Shown: piece by piece, positions 1-10,775 of the stretch
Layout: each line of letters begins with the position of its first letter
Position numbering within the stretch: the first letter of the stretch is position 1
Assembly: GCA_963663765.2 (NCBI GenBank)
Contig: CAXXUA010000003.1
Location: forward strand, 320,001-384,000
DNA length: 64,000 nucleotides
Direction of reading: 5' to 3'
Origin: Candidatus Poribacteria bacterium
GTDB taxonomy: Bacteria; Poribacteria; WGA-4E; WGA-3G
Position numbers and translations under genes: made by a program
The notes under the pieces: model-generated
Told to the model about the DNA's origin: nothing
Database searches by the model: none
What the model saw: the letters and a program-made list of their open reading frames with translations, nothing else

Positions 1-1
1 T

Positions 2-889
2 TTGCTTGCGGCTGCAATTGTACCTGCCTTGGCGGTCTATGCAATGCTGCAATTATTAGAGAGACGTAACCGAAAAAGGTGGATTAACTTACTAATTTTC
101 TTTATTCCGTTTGCATTCCCGATATTGATGCTTGCGCTTCCAGAGATTCGTGGGTACATATCGTCTGGGTGGGGTCACAATATGTGGGGACGGAGTCCGT
201 TTTATATTGTGTTAACAATTGTTCACGGGGTTAGCATTCCAATTATGATTACAGCATTTTTTGGAGTAATCATAAAACCTTTTGACCGTCCGACACTCTT
301 TTTAGTTTGCTTTTCGGGAGTGCCTTTGGTGCTGCTCTTGATTGCGTCTCAATTGCAGAACGTTGCGGGTTATTATCTGTTTTGGTCAACCCCTGCTTAT
401 TTTATCCTTGCTGCAGGTGCATGTGATCAGCTCTGGGAAAGATTAAGACCGGAAGGTAGCAGAGATCTGTTACGTATCGTTGTGCCATGCGTGATTCTGG
501 TGACTATGTTCTCACAAGACTATCTCTATTTTCGGTATGAAAATGGGGGTAGACCGAAATGGCGGGAAGCACTGCAAGGTATTGCAGCAAACCGAATGCC
601 TGCTGATACATTGGTGTTATCAGAACCTAAAATGGCACGGTATTACTTGCCCGAAATGGAAGTCGTTGATATTGATGTATTGGTGAAGGACGCTACGAGT
701 TTTGAGAGAGAATGGATAAGTTTAGGTAGAAATAGGTTGTGGTTTCTCGTAGATGTGGCAAGTTTTAATGTATTTGATAAAGATCAGATTGTGCGTAATT
801 GGATTCGTCAACGGGGACGTATGTTGGGAACGGTCCCAGCATACTCGCGTGCAAAAGATAGGACGATGTTGCTTTATCTTGTAGAGTAG
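2..889 (+). CDS. Membrane protein, GT-C/ArnT-PMT-like glycosyltransferase C-terminal part (5' truncated by window)
   Basis: Several TM segments followed by a soluble domain with RPKWREA...DTLV...YY pattern; ORF open at window edge. Confidence 0.5.
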   Translation: MLAAAIVPALAVYAMLQLLERRNRKRWINLLIFFIPFAFPILMLALPEIRGYISSGWGHNMWGRSPFYIVLTIVHGVSIPIMITAFFGVIIKPFDRPTLFLVCFSGVPLVLLLIASQLQNVAGYYLFWSTPAYFILAAGACDQLWERLRPEGSRDLLRIVVPCVILVTMFSQDYLYFRYENGGRPKWREALQGIAANRMPADTLVLSEPKMARYYLPEMEVVDIDVLVKDATSFEREWISLGRNRLWFLVDVASFNVFDKDQIVRNWIRQRGRMLGTVPAYSRAKDRTMLLYLVE

Positions 890-891
890 AG

Positions 892-918
892 AAGGCGCGG
901 TATTATATACAGCGCCTT
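892..918. terminator. Hairpin between convergent genes, possible bidirectional terminator
   Basis: AAGGCGC-G-GTAT...ATAC-A-GCGCCTT stem between stops at 889 and 931. Confidence 0.45.
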
Positions 919-930
919 ATGAGGTTACTC

Positions 931-1680
931 CTACCAGAAACGTGTGAAATTCATCCTGCCAGTGAGTCCGGAATCTCCTTCCGCTTTCTTAGTTTCATAC
1001 CCGACATATAAGCCAAGTGAATTTGCTGTACCATAGGCGATGTTGATCCGTGCGCCAACATTTAGTTTCAACGGTTTATCCAGCTCATCTGCAAAAACGA
1101 ATACTGTTTCAAACTGAGGACCGATAGCGATGGTATCATTCAGTGAGTAGGTAAGAAAACTTCGGTTGTAGAGTTCATTACTGCTCATATCATCAAACAC
1201 TGTGGAAACTGTTGCGATTGTCCAGTGGAAAAAGAAGATGTTCGGAGCGTTCAGAAACGCAAATACTTGGGGATATAATGCATCTGGTCCGTCTTCACCG
1301 GTATAGTCAAATCCGATCCCTACCATCGGCAGCAATGCAAGTGATACGGAATCAGAAAGCATCACAGGAACATTCACACCAAGGTCAAATTCACCTGTAT
1401 ACTTACCCTTATCAACATCATTTATATATATGTTGGAAGCGATCGTAACGCCACCATCACCAATTGGATGGTTTGCACCGATCAAGAAGTAGCTGCCTAA
1501 ACTGTCAATATCAATCTGGAACCATCCTGTTACACCCGGTTTTTCATCCATTGCTTCGGATTCGGGAGCCATCTCACCTTCACTTTCGTGTGCGTCAGCG
1601 AAGACTGTAGAGGAACTGAGAAGGGATACGATACTGATCATAAAAATAATAAAAGTCATCTGAAATGTATTGGTTTTCAT
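931..1680 (-). CDS. Secreted protein, probable outer-membrane beta-barrel
   Basis: AGGAG RBS before ATG 1680; signal peptide ending VFA; amphipathic beta-strand pattern; C-terminal aromatic residues (RFW). Confidence 0.55.
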   Translation of the reverse strand: MKTNTFQMTFIIFMISIVSLLSSSTVFADAHESEGEMAPESEAMDEKPGVTGWFQIDIDSLGSYFLIGANHPIGDGGVTIASNIYINDVDKGKYTGEFDLGVNVPVMLSDSVSLALLPMVGIGFDYTGEDGPDALYPQVFAFLNAPNIFFFHWTIATVSTVFDDMSSNELYNRSFLTYSLNDTIAIGPQFETVFVFADELDKPLKLNVGARINIAYGTANSLGLYVGYETKKAEGDSGLTGRMNFTRFW

Positions 1681-1889
1681 TAAAAGTCTCCTTAGGTTTT
1701 GCAAATTACGACAATATGCCCATTGGAATTTGCTAGATTATGTACTGAGTATTAGGTAATAGATTAAAATATATGGTCTATAAGCGAGTTCAAGACTATA
1801 GAACTCTAACAAGAAACCTAACACTTATTTTTAAGTATAAGTATACCTTATTTGCTGAATGGATTCAACAGTTTTAGAGGTATTGGATG

Positions 1890-2070
1890 TACGGAAACGC
1901 GGATTACATGGATTGTGTGCGGAATCGCGGATTACGCGGATTACACGGAATACGGGGATTAAGACTTCTGCCTGAGGATATATTACATAAGATAAGTCTT
2001 ATCTGAGCAATACGACTGATAGCCGAACTCTTATCCATGAAATCTGCGTAATCTGTGTCCTCCGCGATTC
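1890..2070. repeat. Degenerate palindromic element with 9-bp periodic GGATT/AATC arms
   Basis: CGCGGATTAC repeats at 1898-1960 with complementary AATCTGCGTAATCTG...CCGCGATTC arm; similar style to 37988-38136 and 41230. Confidence 0.55.
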
Positions 2071-2287
2071 TAAATACACCCTAATTGTAGTACAAATATT
2101 TTACTTTCTCAACTGCATAAATTAAGAAACTTTAATTTTTTGTCTTCGTTAATTCTTTTGTGATGAAAATTGGGTTTTCTGAATCATCTTGAAACACATT
2201 CAGCATTTCCCAAGTTTGAATCAGATTCTTACCTTTTCAGATAACTACAACTAAATCCAAATTCTCTCTATTGCGGGATGCATCTGA

Positions 2288-3526
2288 ATGAACCCTGACC
2301 AGAAAATTCAAAAACTAACTTCACTACTTACGAAACATCATGCATATCGTAATAACTGCTTGAATCTTATTGCATCCGAAAACACACCATCGCCATTAGT
2401 AGAAGAACTCTTTGATGAGAGATTGTCACAGCGATATGGTAGTTATAAAGGCATTGACCTTAATCACCGGACCTACAAAGGCAATCGTTTTATTGTAGAA
2501 ATAGAGACATTTACGCATGAATTAGCGAAGGAACTATTTGATGTAGGGTATGTTGATTTTCGTCCTTTGTCTGGAAACATTGCGGGAATTGCAGCGACAT
2601 TTGCATTGGGCGAACTGGGTGCTACTGCGTTAGAGGTAGACAACGGACACGGTTATGCCCAAAAACTTGCAGATTCACCTTTGAATGTAGACATAAAGTC
2701 AGTTCCGATTCCATGGGACGATGATAGGTCAAACATTGATTTACCTGCAACGGTTGAACTGATTGAGAAACATAAACCGAAAATTGTCAATATCGGTTCT
2801 GGTGTTTTTCTTTTTCCGCAACCTGTGTCTGAATTGAAAAGCGCGATGCGTCAAGCAAATCCGGAGTCATATCTGATTTACGATGCAGCCCATGTGATTG
2901 GTCTGATTGCAGGTGGTACATTTCAGTCTCCGCTTGCAGAGGGTGCGGATGTTGTTATTTCCAGCACACATAAGACGCTTGCCGGTCCACAAGGTGGTAT
3001 GATTCTAACAAACGATAAATCTATCGCGGAACGTATTGGGGATTCTCTTTATCCTTTACTGATGAGTAACCATCATCTTAGTCGGTTGCCGGCATTAGCA
3101 GGAACGTTTGTTGAGTGGATGGCGTGGGGTGCTGCACACGCGGATGCAATTGTAGCAAACGCGAAGGCACTGGGAAGTTCATTAGCAGAACGTGAAGTAC
3201 CAATACTTGCTGCTGAACTCGGTTACACAGAATCACACACATTGATACCCATTATAGATGCTTATGGTGAAAGTAGTGAAATGGCAAATCAACTTGAGAC
3301 GTGCCATATAATAGCAGGAGGTATGAAAGTATCTGCTAAGGTTGGTACAAATGCTTTACGTCTCGGTGTGCAAGAAGTTACGCGAAAGGGAATGACACCA
3401 GAGGATGCACCTGTAATTGCAGATTGTATCGTTGCTGCGTTATCTGGGAACCCACCTGAGAAGGTTAAGAACAAAGTTATGCAAATTGCCCAAAGTTTTA
3501 ATAGAATGCAGTTTACGTTATTTTAA
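2288..3526 (+). CDS. Serine hydroxymethyltransferase-like PLP enzyme (divergent)
   Basis: LNLIASEN, YDAAH, STHKTLAGPQGG (PLP lysine), LRLG motifs. Confidence 0.8.
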   Translation: MNPDQKIQKLTSLLTKHHAYRNNCLNLIASENTPSPLVEELFDERLSQRYGSYKGIDLNHRTYKGNRFIVEIETFTHELAKELFDVGYVDFRPLSGNIAGIAATFALGELGATALEVDNGHGYAQKLADSPLNVDIKSVPIPWDDDRSNIDLPATVELIEKHKPKIVNIGSGVFLFPQPVSELKSAMRQANPESYLIYDAAHVIGLIAGGTFQSPLAEGADVVISSTHKTLAGPQGGMILTNDKSIAERIGDSLYPLLMSNHHLSRLPALAGTFVEWMAWGAAHADAIVANAKALGSSLAEREVPILAAELGYTESHTLIPIIDAYGESSEMANQLETCHIIAGGMKVSAKVGTNALRLGVQEVTRKGMTPEDAPVIADCIVAALSGNPPEKVKNKVMQIAQSFNRMQFTLF

Positions 3527-3677
3527 ATAGGTAAATTGAAAAATCGTTCCGAAATCGTAACTTTTACAATTTATGCCAGTTATTATTATATATACTATTG
3601 TTATATTTTAAATATTTTAATTCTAATGTAGAGTTACTCATTATAGAAATTATCAAAAAATATATAGGAGTTGGTGA

Positions 3678-4643
3678 ATGAATAAATTATTCTTCAAATT
3701 GAACTTATGTTTTCTGATACTGTTGACAATCGTTGTAGTTGGATGTCAAAGCGAAAAACCTAAAGAAATTACTACTGCGAAAAAGTTAAACGTCGTTGCG
3801 ACAATAAGTATGATTACCGATATTGTGAGAAATGTTGGCGGGGACAGGATTGATGTTACTGGGATCATTGGAGAAGGGATTGATCCTCATTTATTCAAAC
3901 CGAGTGCAAGAGATACAAAACTGATAATGGATGCGGATATTATCTTTTATAACGGGTTGAATCTGGAAGTGAGAATCACGGGTGCTGTGTTTGATAAGAT
4001 GGCAGAGAAAAGGAAAGCCGTTGCGGTCACAGATGGGATTGAACGTTCAAAGCTGCGTAAAGCCACAGAATTCTTAGGGGGATATGACCCTCATGTTTGG
4101 CATGATGTGACACTTTGGATGAAAGCGACAGAAAGGATTCGTGACACATTAGTGCATTTCGACCCGATCAACGCAGATTATTATCGTGTTAATGCGAAAA
4201 CATACTTGACGACATTAGAATCTTTGCATCATGACATTCAAAAACTCGCCGCACAGATACCAACGAACCGAAAAGTTCTTGTTACAACACATGATGCGTT
4301 CGGTTATCTCGGAAGTGCTTATGGATTTGAGGTGCGTGGTCTGTTGGGTATCAACACAGAGAACGAGGTAGGTATTGCTGATGTAAAAGCGTTGGCAGCG
4401 TTTATTGTTGAAAATGGTATCTCTACGATGTTTGTTGATACCTCATCATCCCAGCAAGGGATTGAATCCGTGCAGGCTGCCGTTCAGGCGAGTGGGTTTG
4501 AAGTTGCCATAGGTGATCGTCTTTTTTCGGATGCGATGGGATCAACTGGCACACCAGAAGGAACTTATGTGGGTATGATGCAACATAACATGACGTCTAT
4601 CGTGAACGCACTTCAAACTGAATTGGCTTATTATCAGAAATGA
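3678..4643 (+). CDS. Zn/Mn ABC transporter substrate-binding lipoprotein (TroA/MntA family)
   Basis: Lipobox VVGC; IDPH, DPHVW, TTHDAFGY and SDAMG metal-site motifs. Confidence 0.9.
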   Translation: MNKLFFKLNLCFLILLTIVVVGCQSEKPKEITTAKKLNVVATISMITDIVRNVGGDRIDVTGIIGEGIDPHLFKPSARDTKLIMDADIIFYNGLNLEVRITGAVFDKMAEKRKAVAVTDGIERSKLRKATEFLGGYDPHVWHDVTLWMKATERIRDTLVHFDPINADYYRVNAKTYLTTLESLHHDIQKLAAQIPTNRKVLVTTHDAFGYLGSAYGFEVRGLLGINTENEVGIADVKALAAFIVENGISTMFVDTSSSQQGIESVQAAVQASGFEVAIGDRLFSDAMGSTGTPEGTYVGMMQHNMTSIVNALQTELAYYQK

Positions 4644-4759
4644 AGTTGGGAACTAATGTAGTGAGAAATTAATAAATAGTGTCATTAATAAAATTGTGTC
4701 TAAGTGAATCAAAATATTAACCGATAATTGTGAATCAGAAAACAATTAAGGAAGTAACT

Positions 4760-6496
4760 ATGGAAAATAAAACACCCGATTGGGTGAAAGTAGCTGAATT
4801 AAGCGAGGTGCCAGAGGGCAAACCGAAGGCAATTAAGATGGGAGAGGGACGGAGTATTGCCCTCTTTAATGTTGATGGTAAGATATATGCGACCGATAAC
4901 CAGTGTCCACACATGGGGTATCCTTTGACACGAGGTACGATACGTAATGGCATTCTCACATGTGATTGGCACCGTCGCAGCTTTGATTTAGCGGGTGGCG
5001 GTTGTTTTCATGTTGAATGTGATGACTTGAAGGTATTTCCGGTTGATGTCCGAGGAGACGAAATATGGATTGAACCTGGAGATATGACGTACCGTCGTGC
5101 AGCAGAACATAAGAAACTGCTTCGCGAAGGACTCTTGAGTGAAGATCGATGGACAATGTCGAAGGCGATTGCGCTCTTGTTGAAAGGTGGCGTACCCGAA
5201 GAAGAAGTAATGGGTTCTATTTTGGAACACGTTGCCCGACATATTCCCAGTGCTCATGGGTCAGAAGGTGGTGGTGATGTCTCCAAACTCATTAACGGAC
5301 TTAGAGTGGGAAGTAGATATGAGGGTGAAGACAGACTCATCGCTGTTACAACTGCTGCGTGTTCTGCAGCGGGTGAAGCACGGCAACGTCTTGAAGTTGT
5401 GCCACTACCTGAACCCGTCGCGTGGGAAAAGATAGAACGTTGGATACGTGTTTTCTCTTATGAGGGGCAAGCTGGCCGCATTGAGCGATGCTTGTTTACT
5501 GCGTACCAAAAAGGAGATGCGGAGAAATTGCGTCCCCTGCTTTTTGAGTGTGTTGTTGAACCGCATTTTATTGATAACCCTCAAATACCGCTTTATGTGA
5601 GTTATCTATCTGAGACAGTTGATGAGTTTGGATGGGACAGAACAGCAGACCTATTTTTCTATCTCGGTGCGGACCTTGTCGGACACCACCCATCGGATCC
5701 TGAGCGTTACCGCAGAGATGCGATTAACCTCATGAGAGAGATGTTGCCCACTGTTGAAAACGCTGCTTTGGAGCGAACTAACAAATTTGATGAAGATGGC
5801 TTTGTGGAAGCACTTACTAGTGTTGACATACAACGTTCCTTTGAGGAAATACAGGCAGTTATAGTTGATGGAGTCAATATGGACAGAGTCATTACTTCAT
5901 TGGTTCTTCTTGCAGCAGATCGTATGGCGAACACGCCTGTCAATGTGGACGCGGGTTGGTGGAACTTAACAATGGAACTCAACCTTGCCTCGTCTTTACG
6001 AAGTGCGCGTAAGGTGGGTGGTAATCTTGTTGCAGCGAAAGGACTATTCCATGTAGCGTGGCAGATCTTTGCAGACCGTTGGATAAATATTATTCCACGA
6101 CCGTTGAGTGAACCTTTGAGTGCGGAAAAGCTTGATGTTGCAAATGAGGAAGAAGGGGTTAATTTAATTATCAATACGATTGAGTCACTTAATGTGCAGG
6201 ATGTGGGACCACAGGTCCTCGGTTATCTGAATGCGGGTTATTCTGCTGAACGTTTGCTGAAAGAGATTGGTCATTCAGTGCTTTGGGATGATACGGGAAG
6301 TGAAGTATTGCCTACATTGCGCACAGTTTTTGAGGAATGGGATCATGCCGATGGTCACCCTGCACAACCGCAGCTTCTGGTTGGTTTGGCACGTTATGTC
6401 ACTGATATCCGATCCAACACTGACAACAAATCTGCGGCTACCACTGCAATGCGTTTCTCTGAAGGCCGAACTACAATCGAGGTCTTTGAGGAGTAA
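4760..6496 (+). CDS. Rieske [2Fe-2S] ferredoxin domain fused to long helical domain (paralog 1)
   Basis: CPHMGYPL...CDWH Rieske ligands; about 470-aa uncharacterised C-terminal part. Confidence 0.8.
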   Translation: MENKTPDWVKVAELSEVPEGKPKAIKMGEGRSIALFNVDGKIYATDNQCPHMGYPLTRGTIRNGILTCDWHRRSFDLAGGGCFHVECDDLKVFPVDVRGDEIWIEPGDMTYRRAAEHKKLLREGLLSEDRWTMSKAIALLLKGGVPEEEVMGSILEHVARHIPSAHGSEGGGDVSKLINGLRVGSRYEGEDRLIAVTTAACSAAGEARQRLEVVPLPEPVAWEKIERWIRVFSYEGQAGRIERCLFTAYQKGDAEKLRPLLFECVVEPHFIDNPQIPLYVSYLSETVDEFGWDRTADLFFYLGADLVGHHPSDPERYRRDAINLMREMLPTVENAALERTNKFDEDGFVEALTSVDIQRSFEEIQAVIVDGVNMDRVITSLVLLAADRMANTPVNVDAGWWNLTMELNLASSLRSARKVGGNLVAAKGLFHVAWQIFADRWINIIPRPLSEPLSAEKLDVANEEEGVNLIINTIESLNVQDVGPQVLGYLNAGYSAERLLKEIGHSVLWDDTGSEVLPTLRTVFEEWDHADGHPAQPQLLVGLARYVTDIRSNTDNKSAATTAMRFSEGRTTIEVFEE

Positions 6497-6502
6497 TCTC
6501 TC

Positions 6503-7786
6503 ATGAGCCAAAATGCTTGGCACTTACCACGTGCGGAATATATTGAAGCGGTAAATAAAGGGGATGTGGATCGGGTCAAATCCTTGTTAGCAGACAATGA
6601 GGAACTTCTTGATTTCATAGATGAACCTTGGTTTGTCTATGATTCTCCTGCGGTTGTGTTTGCTGCTTCAATGGTCAATCGTCCGCTTGTAGAGGTGCTG
6701 CTTGATTCCGGTGCAGACATCAATGCTAAGAGTTCTTGGTGGGCTGGTGAAACCACAGCACTGCAGCAGGCAACGGGTGCGATGCTTGGGTACAACAGGG
6801 AATTAGCTGAGTATCTGATTGAACGTGGTGCTACGATTGACGTTCACGCTGCAGCCGGTTTGGATATGTTTGAAACGCTTGAGGCGTTGATTCGTGAAAA
6901 TCCGAATGTTGTAAACGCACTGGGATGCGATAGCATGTCGCCGCTTCATTTTGCGGCGACACCTCGAATTGCAGAACTGCTCCTCAAGCACGGTGCGGAC
7001 ATAAATCTTCGCGATCGTGACCATTGGGGAACTGCTGCTCAATGGACAATGCGAAGACGTCCTGAAGTTTGCAAATACCTACTTGACCAAGGTGCAGAAG
7101 GAGATGTCGTCATATATTGTGCGATGGGTTACGTTGAACAGGTTAGGACAGAATTTCAAAAAAATCCTGAATTACTAAATCTTAGGATAAATATGAGAGC
7201 ACCTGAAGGCTATATTATCCCATCGTCTGAGTCATCAAAGGTAAAAGATGGTCAAACAGAGGTTGTTCCTGGCGGGCATGTTTATGCTTATCAGGTTGGT
7301 CCGACAATGCCACTGCTTGAGATAGCACTAAAGTTTAAGCAGCCAGCAATTGTTGATTTACTCATTGACATGGGTTATGAGATCAATTTGCGAGATTGGT
7401 ATGTGTTGGTTGGGCAGGGACCTAAGCGATTTGATGCGTTGGTGAAAGGGTTTCTTGCGAAGGGACGTGACATAAACGCGCTTCAAGAACATCAACGTGG
7501 CATGTGGACACCGTTACATTGGCTTTCACAACGTGGTTTGACTGACGGTATTGCTTGTTTATTAGCAAATGGTGCTGAACCGAATGTTGTTGATGACAAA
7601 GGACAAACGCCGCTTCACTTCATCGCACAAAAGGGTGTTGGCAAAAATCAAGCAGAATTGTTGATTGAACACGGTGCTAATCTGAATTTACGTGATGATG
7701 CAGGAAAAACACCGCTTGATTATGCCAAGAAAGCGAAACGAAAATCGGTGGAAACGTTTCTAACAGAATTGTCACAGACGAAATAG
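6503..7786 (+). CDS. Ankyrin repeat protein
   Basis: Repeated TPLH / GADIN / GANLN motifs. Confidence 0.9.
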   Translation: MSQNAWHLPRAEYIEAVNKGDVDRVKSLLADNEELLDFIDEPWFVYDSPAVVFAASMVNRPLVEVLLDSGADINAKSSWWAGETTALQQATGAMLGYNRELAEYLIERGATIDVHAAAGLDMFETLEALIRENPNVVNALGCDSMSPLHFAATPRIAELLLKHGADINLRDRDHWGTAAQWTMRRRPEVCKYLLDQGAEGDVVIYCAMGYVEQVRTEFQKNPELLNLRINMRAPEGYIIPSSESSKVKDGQTEVVPGGHVYAYQVGPTMPLLEIALKFKQPAIVDLLIDMGYEINLRDWYVLVGQGPKRFDALVKGFLAKGRDINALQEHQRGMWTPLHWLSQRGLTDGIACLLANGAEPNVVDDKGQTPLHFIAQKGVGKNQAELLIEHGANLNLRDDAGKTPLDYAKKAKRKSVETFLTELSQTK

Positions 7787-7842
7787 TTTATTTATATTAT
7801 GAAATGGTAAGAGAGGGATTCTCAAACCGATAAAAATAGGAG

Positions 7843-9600
7843 ATGAAAACAGTGTTATCAGAAAATGGAAATTTTGTTAAAGTTGCTGCCCGTGGCGATA
7901 TAGCAGAGGGGAAACCACGTGCGGTTAGAGTTGAGGGACATAGTATTGCCCTTTTTGAACACGAAGGTAATGTCTATGCAACGGACAACCAATGTCCGCA
8001 CATGGGTTATCCGTTGATACGAGGGCATGTTAAAAGAGGCGTGTTATCGTGTGACTGGCACGGTTGGAGTTACGACATGGAGGGTGGTGGCTGCTTCACT
8101 GGAGGTTGTGATGACCTTGCTACGTTCCCTGTTGAAGTTCGCAATGGGGATATCTATGTGGATGTTGGCAGTGGTGGTAAGAAACGGGATGATGCGCACT
8201 TCCTGTTGCTAAAAGAGGGTTTGTTTTCACACGATAGTTGGACGTTGTCCAAAGCTATTGCGATTATGTTGGCAAAAGGTGTATCTGAAAAAGAAACGTT
8301 GGATATAATGGTGAAGCACATGGTGCCTCATATTATTACGGGTGAAGGCTTTCGTGCTGGTGGTGGCCGTGTCGCAACGTTTATGCATGGGATTAAAGTT
8401 GCCCACATGTATGAAGCAGAGGATCGTCTGATTCCGTTGATGTTTGCTGCGACTCATGCAGCAGGTGGACATCATGATCGTCCTGATCGCGAACCTCTTC
8501 CACCTCCAGTTGACTGGGAAAAACTTGAAAATTGGATTAGAGTTTTCACCGAGGATAAAGAGTGGGAAGGCATAGAAAAATGTTTGATTACAGCAAGACA
8601 ATTAGGTGGACATGAAGACAAATTCATCCCGCTTTTCTTGGATTGTGCGTCCGAATGGTTTTTCCTTACTAGTTCCAGAAATCTTATTGATCTATGTCAT
8701 CTGGCTGAATTGCTTGATGAATGGGGCTGGGATATTACTGGTGAGTTAGTCTGCAATCTCAGTGCTAAGATACTTGGACAGGGCCGTGGCAGACCGGGTG
8801 AACGGCTTCGTGAAGCACTTAAAAAATTGGAAGGAATTAATCATATCTTTGATGACCTTCCGCAGGAAAAATCACCTGATACTGACGTTGACTTTGACGA
8901 AGATAGATTATCCGCTGATCTGGTCAGTGGTGATATAGACACAATTTTTGATGCGATAACAAAAGTGCTCACTGATGGCGGATCCATTGATAGAATTGCT
9001 TCAACGATGGTCATGACTTCCGCTGATAGGATGGCAAGAACACCTGTCAACATGAGTCCGGGTTGGTGGGATTTACAGGAAGAGATGGAATTAGCCGCTA
9101 ACATCAGAAAGGTGCTTCGATTCGGAAGTGTCAAAACTGCTGCGAAGTCACTCTATCATTGTGGTTGGAGGTTTTATGCTAACCGCTGGCTAAATATACG
9201 TCATCAACCGATTTCCGAGGTGAGATCGTCTTCAACATCTAAAGTTCTTGATGAGGATGCAGCACTCGCAGAGATTATTGACAGCATAGAGTCTGTTCGT
9301 GTTCAAGAAATTGGACGACGGACACGTGAATATCTGAATGCTGGTTGTTCTGCTGAAAAGTTATTGTCAGAAATGGGTCAATGTATACTCAAGGATGATC
9401 GTGGTGAAGGTCTGTTTGGTACTATCCATATCGTAGATAGAGAGTGGCATTACTGTGACACACATCCAGCCAGAAATCAGTTGATCGTTGGATTGGCAAG
9501 ATGGGCAACGGATGTTCGTAGGAGTACGGGTAACGATTCTGCTGTGCAAACTGCACATCGCTTTGCCAAAGGTGAAACTGCTACGGAACTTTACGAGTAG
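7843..9600 (+). CDS. Rieske [2Fe-2S] fusion protein (paralog 2)
   Basis: Same CPHMGYPL...CDWH motif; shares WTxSKAIA, ADRMAxTPVN and GLARxxTD blocks with 4760-6496. Confidence 0.8.
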   Translation: MKTVLSENGNFVKVAARGDIAEGKPRAVRVEGHSIALFEHEGNVYATDNQCPHMGYPLIRGHVKRGVLSCDWHGWSYDMEGGGCFTGGCDDLATFPVEVRNGDIYVDVGSGGKKRDDAHFLLLKEGLFSHDSWTLSKAIAIMLAKGVSEKETLDIMVKHMVPHIITGEGFRAGGGRVATFMHGIKVAHMYEAEDRLIPLMFAATHAAGGHHDRPDREPLPPPVDWEKLENWIRVFTEDKEWEGIEKCLITARQLGGHEDKFIPLFLDCASEWFFLTSSRNLIDLCHLAELLDEWGWDITGELVCNLSAKILGQGRGRPGERLREALKKLEGINHIFDDLPQEKSPDTDVDFDEDRLSADLVSGDIDTIFDAITKVLTDGGSIDRIASTMVMTSADRMARTPVNMSPGWWDLQEEMELAANIRKVLRFGSVKTAAKSLYHCGWRFYANRWLNIRHQPISEVRSSSTSKVLDEDAALAEIIDSIESVRVQEIGRRTREYLNAGCSAEKLLSEMGQCILKDDRGEGLFGTIHIVDREWHYCDTHPARNQLIVGLARWATDVRRSTGNDSAVQTAHRFAKGETATELYE

Positions 9601-9618
9601 CGCAAATAAACCGCTATT

Positions 9619-9649
9619 GTAGGGCAAGGTTTTATACCTTTGCCCTACC
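9619..9649. repeat. GTAG-type REP-like hairpin
   Basis: GTAGGGCAAGGT...ACCTTTGCCCTAC. Confidence 0.6.
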
Positions 9650-9659
9650 ATTTTATCTT

Positions 9660-10775
9660 ATGAAAAAATTCGTCTTACCTCTCTTTTTTAGTCTACTATG
9701 TATGTCAGTTTATGGTACATCGTTGGAGACTGTTTTTCATCTCGGTGAGAAGCAGTCCCCGCGCCTTGAGAAGTTATTGCCGCATGTGGCAAGGAGTATA
9801 ACTTTCAACAATGACAGCACAAAGTTAATTGTACATGAAATGGGTGGCAGCATCGTAGAATGGGAAATTCAAACACGTCAGAAACGCGTGATCTACAGGA
9901 TTGAAGAAGATCAGTGGTCTGCTTATACTCCCAGAATTAATTCTATTATTCTTCCAAAAGCAAATGATGGGATCACTGTTTTAAATATATCAAATGGCAA
10001 TGGGATTAAGTTGAGGAAGATTTGTAAAGATTTTCAGTTCATAAACATGGGTTGTGAATTAAAAAGACAATATCAGAATGGTTTTTTTTCATCAGATGGT
10101 CATCTTGTAGCACTGACAGCAGGTGGTAATGAAATAGAATTGTGGCGTTTTTCTTATGCGTGCATTAGTACTGAGAAAAACAACCAGAATAAGATTGAAA
10201 TAACACCCTGGAAAATTCATAATTTGAAAACACAGTTACCTGTACGAAACGGTATGGTTATATCTCCAAGCAAGTGTTTAGTCGCTGCTGCCGAAGGTAC
10301 ATACAGAGATGGTGAAGGACATCGCACAATTATTGAGATATGGAATCTAAAAAATAATAAGCGACCGATTCGTGTTTTCAATACTGGCGAAATTCTTGGT
10401 GTCTGGAACTTAATATTTTCAGATAGTAGTCAGATGCTTGCTGTTGACTCACAACACAACGCCAAATCTGGAATTCGTGTTTGGGATGTAAACACGGGTG
10501 CGCAACTTCTTAACAAATCTGGGTTTGAAGCGTACTGGACACGTTCCCTTGTCTTTGCTCCTGATAAGATATCAAGTGAAACAGAATATCTTGCCTCAGG
10601 AGACGAAAAAGGCAATCTCAGAATATGGGAGATACCCGGCGGTCAATCTACCATGTGGGTGAACTATCCAACTGGTATTCAAGCGTTGGCTTTTTCGCCC
10701 AATGGTGAATACTTGGCAGTAGCGCTGTGGGATACTACAATTCAGATTTTAAGGTGGAATAGAAATGAACATTAA
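9660..10775 (+). CDS. Secreted WD40-repeat protein
   Basis: Signal peptide; IRVWD, LRIWE, LAFSPNG repeats. Confidence 0.8.
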   Translation: MKKFVLPLFFSLLCMSVYGTSLETVFHLGEKQSPRLEKLLPHVARSITFNNDSTKLIVHEMGGSIVEWEIQTRQKRVIYRIEEDQWSAYTPRINSIILPKANDGITVLNISNGNGIKLRKICKDFQFINMGCELKRQYQNGFFSSDGHLVALTAGGNEIELWRFSYACISTEKNNQNKIEITPWKIHNLKTQLPVRNGMVISPSKCLVAAAEGTYRDGEGHRTIIEIWNLKNNKRPIRVFNTGEILGVWNLIFSDSSQMLAVDSQHNAKSGIRVWDVNTGAQLLNKSGFEAYWTRSLVFAPDKISSETEYLASGDEKGNLRIWEIPGGQSTMWVNYPTGIQALAFSPNGEYLAVALWDTTIQILRWNRNEH

